64,000 bases of DNA from Antedon mediterranea (Eukaryota; Animalia; Echinodermata), in the NCBI RefSeq assembly GCF_964355755.1, contig NC_092678.1, positions 18,369,365 to 18,433,364 of the forward strand, written 5' to 3'. Positions within the stretch are counted from its first letter, which is position 1; each line of letters opens with the position of its first letter. The notes below the pieces were generated by a model. That model searched no databases and had not been told where the DNA came from. It saw only the letters and a program-made list of their open reading frames with translations. Shown here piece by piece: positions 58,682 through 64,000 of this stretch. The translations under genes were made by a program, and so were the position numbers.

Positions 58682-60268
58682 TATTCTGTTAAAATCGATT
58701 GTCTCTACTGTATTGAAGGCATAGTAAAATGTCACATGTAGTATTATGTTAAGGCTACAGTATGCTAATCTTGATACAGGTGTCACATGTTACATATGTT
58801 ACACTGTATTGCACAATTTGCCTACATGTTTCTGAGTTAATTATAGATACCATACCAGTGTCAGTTATCTCTACAATAGATGACTAGATAAGTTCTCTGA
58901 AACATGTCGTTGCCATCTATTAGGTATACATGTCAATACGCTACTGCAGTAGAATCTTTTATTACTGTATAATAAAGTTTTTTCCATCTTTCAAAAGAGA
59001 ATAACGCACATGGCTACTGTATGCCCTTAATCTTCGTCTTACCCCACTTCTTGTTGACTTGGATTACTTTCTATATAATAAGTATAAAGAAAGAGGTTTG
59101 TGTTGCCCCCAAAGCTCTGCAATTTCTTTCTGGCTATTTATATAATTTTGATTAGCTTTTATGTTATTCATATCTCTATTGAGATCCAGCCACTGATACC
59201 CACATCATCAGTAATTTGCTTTTTGATTCATAAAAAAACTAATTTATAAACTTTTAAACAATATTTAGTAACATCCAAGCTAATTATCTCTTGTGAAACT
59301 TGTGTCTGGCAATAAATAAAATAAAATGAATTCTCTGAAATCTGTAAAGATAATTATCTTTGAAAAAAAAAGTGAAAATAGAATCAAATTACATACCTAA
59401 TTGAAAAGAGTAACATGTGATTCATCATAGTTACTGTACCTGTCACTTTATGGTCATATTTCTACCAGACAAATTAATATTAATCGCTATATAATATGAT
59501 GTTATTTTCCAAGAAATAATTTTGTTTCAAAAGCAATAATTGGTCAGATGTTTTCTTTACTCTGATGCAATTTATACACTGTATGCTATTAATACATTTG
59601 AAATGTATGGTCTACTTACGATCCCGACAAGACGGGTGATTACAGGTGATTACAGGTGATTAGGTGATTTGAGAACACACATTTTTTTTAGGAAAAACTT
59701 TACAATAGTAACTACTTTGTCTGTACACTGGATTGTAATGGGATTTTATGTAAAAAATTAAGAGTGAATGAGTAGAGAAAAACGTTAATATCAAGATGTA
59801 ATTGTACAGTACTTACAGTAGGTGTTGTGTTGAAATTAAGTCTTTTTGGTACAGTAGGCTTAGACTGAGTAAGTGTAGAGCTGTTGGGTTTATCAGGGTA
59901 TGAGAAGAAGTGCTAAACTTACCTAGATAAACCGACAATAGTCTGAGCTCTCCATGGGGAAGCCTTATATAAGTCGTAACATCTCAGTACAAAAATAAAA
60001 TTGATGGCATTTGGGACATTCTCACATGAGTGCGTGGATGTGGACTAGTCCATTATAATATAGAGGTTTTCTAGGAACTTTAACTTTTCCTATATCTAGG
60101 CCCTCCTGAAGAGCACTGGCTATTGTCGGTTTATCCAGGTAATCGGCACCCATAGACTACTAACTATTGGTTTTTGTAATTTTGCTCTTTTTTTTGGAAT
60201 GAAAAACATAATTTTTATATGATGTATGAATTTAGAAATTTACAATTGGAATAAAAAACTTGGTAAAA

Positions 60269-61588
60269 CAGGGCTGAGCGAACCCACTTGCCCGACGCCC
60301 GGGACAAGTGTTTTTTACGGTCGGACAACCACATTTGACGTATCCTCTTGTCCGAGGACAAGCACTTTTGAAATTCAGGAAATTAAACTAAGAGCACAGA
60401 AAACCATGTGCCAACACAGTTAGCCATGTGCATTAATAAAAATAGCAGGCTTCTTCAAAGCACATTAAACCCAGTGCATTTAATACATCACTGATTGGTC
60501 AATGACCCGAGTCACATCATTATAGATTACACGATTTTCTATTTGGGGATGTAATTAAAACATTTTTGGACCATGCAGTGGTTGAGACATAGGTTAACTG
60601 GGTAATTAAAAAAATGCCCAGTTAAAAAGAACCCCCGTAATTAATGGACTCTACCAGGTATTGTTGATTAAAAATACCATGCATCAAGATGGAAGCTGTA
60701 TACACGCGAGGAGAGGTAGTAGGCCCAGTATTTAAATTTTTCTCTGTACATCGTGCATGGAACGGACAATTGATAAAGTGGTTTCATAGGGAAAAGAATG
60801 TTTTTTATAAATTTACCTGTGAAATGCAACAAGCTATTTTATTTAGTGAATTGGATAATAACAAAAACATCCTCTCTCCGTCCGTACAGAAGTTGTAGAG
60901 TAGGAGGCCTAACTTTTCTACTAGAGTAAGGATGGCCTGGGGCCAGGAGGTATTTTTCTCTCTCTCCGTGGTGACGGTCTAAGGCCTAGTGTCTGGATGG
61001 CAAGCTATTGGGCCTAGCCAGACCTACATTAATTCGGTATTATTTGTTAACTAATTATGCCTGGACAAAATAATTATTTTTAAAAATAATTTTAATTATG
61101 CCTGAACAAAATAAAAATTATTTAAAAAAATAATTTAAATATACATAGCTAGCCGGCATAGCTACAGTAGGCAAAGATCAGTTCACATGTATGACTAGGC
61201 TATGATACGTTTGTACAGTATATAATATTAATAGATACCACAGTTTTTTTGGTAATTCAATTCTTTTATTTTTTATTTACTAACTACTATTTATTAATTA
61301 GGCCTACAGACAGTACTCTACACACTGTTGTGTTAATGAAATAAAACCTAAAAATTACCGTTATTTTTATCAAAATATTGAGCAGGCTAAAAAAGTCTAG
61401 GCTAGGCCTATAAACTGCTAAATTTTAAATAGACAATAAACACTTGCGTGACATTTGTCGACACTTGTGTAATTTTTTGCCTATTGCGCAATAAAGAGGG
61501 ACAAGTACATTTTTTTCTCGGACAAGTGAATTCCGTGCAGGTACTTGTCCGGGGACAAGTGAAAGAAATTGAAATTCCCTCACCCCTG
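60269..61588. mobile_element. Non-autonomous hAT-like DNA transposon
   Basis: Ends CAGGGCTGAGCGAA and (reverse complement) CAGGGGTGAGGGAA, subterminal GGACAAGT repeats at both ends; only TAAAA (5 bp) is shared by the flanks. Confidence 0.7.
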
Positions 61589-62293
61589 TAAAAGCTTTAA
61601 AGATTTGGTTTGTTAAAAAGAAATGTCTAAAATTCATTTAGTATTTCAAACCAGATAAATATCAGTAATCAACCATTGTTATTATTAGTAAATGGATTTA
61701 ATTAATGCATGAAATCCAACGTTTACAATGCGTCTGTTAATCGCAATGTATGTTTGTTGTTCATATTGAAAAGGTCATGACTAGAGTTTGTCTGAATATT
61801 GACCATTTGAATGAGATCATTTGAATGAGATCATTAACATGAATTATTGGAGAGGTTAATTAAGCTGATGCGTTGCCTCATTCTCGACAGGGTAAAAATA
61901 GCATCAAACATTGTATTTTTGAAAGAGAAATGATTAAGTACTGTAGTTATAACACTACATAAATAGTATTCTGAAATTATTCTATTAGCTACTTGTACAA
62001 TAGGTAGCACGCACAGGGAGAATATCATTATAATATTTAACATTACAATGTCTGTACACCTGCATGGCTAAGTATTGTACATACTCTTTGTGAATTTCAA
62101 CAAGGAATTTAAGATATGGAAGAAATATTTAGAATATAAAATAAGGAATATTACGTTTAAAAAATAAATGAACACAAACCAGATGTAAAACCAAAGGATC
62201 AAATATAATTGAACATCTCCTTTTCAGGAGATATCCACTATTAAAGGAAGAACAATACAGTTACAGTATCTCTCCCAAAACAGGACACACTTA

Positions 62294-63207
62294 CGCCCGT
62301 ATTCTTAAACCAGACATTAGTCATAGTTCGAGCTAAAACTAAAAAAATGACGTCATTTTAATTCATAAACCGAACTTCAACTAAATCACCGACTAAATCA
62401 GGCCAACCTCGACTAAATCGAGACGGATTTTGATCGATTTTTTTAGTCCTGGAGGGGGCAGGCTAAATGGTCGACTAAATGGTTTTTAAACGATGTTTAT
62501 AAAAAATGTAACAGTCATTGAGTTGTTATATTGGCCAGATATTGAAGAATGAAATATCTATATTCATATTAGCTTAATTAAATATGCATTGGTATAAGTT
62601 ATAATAATGAAAATCAACTTTATTTACAACTGTATACAAATTACATTATTTTCTTTGCGCAAGTCCGACTTGAGCTACGTCACGCCATAGCAACAATGGG
62701 AGATGCGGCAATTCACCACGCGATGGAATGTTTAGGGGCCTAGCGCTTTCTTGTCACGCTATGAAGTGCGTGGTTCGTCGCGATCATACTTTGTCTGGGG
62801 GCCTAGAAAATATAAAAGTTACCGTACCGCCATGGTTCCTAAATATATTTTGAAGATTTATTTTGTTGTTAATCAAATATACTTCACTGTTAAATTAATA
62901 CTGATATTGTTCTAATAATTAACGATTAAAATTATTTTTCATGTATATAGTCCTGATGCGTAAAAAGTGTTGTAAGAAATGGAAAGTGATATCAATGCGC
63001 AAAATTTTGTCTGCTCCTCAAATACTCTCTTGTCATTGGCCAATGTATAGCCTTTGTGCAACTCGACTAAAAGCTCGACTTCATTAAGTCGAACTGAAAA
63101 CTTCGACTACTTCGTTTTTGAATCGAATTTGAAGTAATAGCTCGTACTACGACTTTTTCAAGTCGAACTTCGAACTACGACTAAAGTCCGGTTTAAGAAT
63201 ACGGGCG
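62294..63207. mobile_element. Non-autonomous PIF/Harbinger element inserted in a Tc1/pogo-like MITE
   Basis: TTA|CGCCCGTATTCTTAAACC.GAC.TTAGTC.TAGTTCGA TIR of about 38 bp|TTA; subterminal CGACTAAA repeats; the joined flanks resemble 20942-21126. Confidence 0.88.
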
Positions 63208-64000
63208 TTAGGCTGGGCTAATATGTCTGGTTTTATAGAAAGTCTGGTATTTAGAATTGTGTTTTAAATAGTAAGAAAGATTTTAGGACTTCTGGAAAAT
63301 CTGGTTTATAGTGGAGTTTTCCATGTGTTTCCAGTAAGGATTTGGATGTTTCCCCCTTCCACACCTCTTGGGCAATCCAGGTTTACAGCTAGGCCCAAAA
63401 TACTATAAACTATTTAAAATAAATTAGTTCTTGAATATTCAATTTTTACTAATTTTTATAGTCTATTTTGTGCCCATTTACTTGGATAAACCAATACTAG
63501 CCCTTTTCCCATGAAGTGAGGCACAAATACAAAATGGAAAATTGTTATTGGGATATTGATTATTTCAATGGGACAGTCCGCTATGGCCACCCAATCATTG
63601 AAACATTCCAACGTATTTCTTTTCCTACCTGTATACATATATATATAATCGTGTAGACATTTTTAAAATTACTTATTTGTGTTTATAAACGGGGTAATAC
63701 AAAATGTCTTGTCGGTCTAAATTTGAAAAAGATAAATATTTTCCTCTAATTTGTAGGGAAACTTCATTTGACATGACTGTGACCTTTCATGACGCCTATA
63801 TGCCCAATCCAGCCGTCATCTTCAAACTATCGCAATGTCCAATGGTCAGTTAACCGTCACTGAATGTATTCAATTAATTAGCGGCAATTCATGGTTCAAT
63901 AGAATTAATAATACTTATTGCAAATTTCGTCACATGTGGATTAGTGTATTGTCCTTTTGCTTCAGTGAATATATTGTTCCAGCGCAGCCTAGTGAGCACT

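Noticed and set aside
52089-64000. Second KCND coding exon (YGDMVP...S6)
   Set aside because: I found no matching sequence, so the intron probably extends beyond the window.

Overview
AT-rich, intron-rich animal genomic DNA, probably an invertebrate deuterostome (inferred from the Deu-domain SINEs and gene order, not proven); it is not prokaryotic. Two host genes lie on the + strand. The first is the 3' part of a GRIPAP1/GRASP-1 orthologue: 23 GT-AG exons between 104 and 21353 that splice in frame to about 640 codons, with the 5' end outside the window. The second is the first coding exon of a Shal/Kv4 (KCND) potassium channel (50992-52088), ending at the intron inside the GYG filter. Human GRIPAP1 and KCND1 have the same order and orientation. 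The rest is transposon and tandem-repeat sequence. The most unusual items are: (1) a ~4-kb CAC...GTG element with a 4-bp TSD whose ends look like an asymmetric pair of V(D)J recombination signals (12-bp and 21-bp spacers), carrying two nested Mutator-like elements; (2) minisatellites that multiply GRIPAP1 splice sites (10 acceptors, 24 donors), only one of each preserving the frame; (3) a 7.2-kb non-coding palindrome with a 6-bp TSD and IS3EU-like ends; (4) minimal hammerhead ribozymes in the sense strand of introns of both genes; (5) a dense field of TACAGTA/TACTGTA motifs matching Tc1-type excision footprints. All calls were read by eye without database searches.
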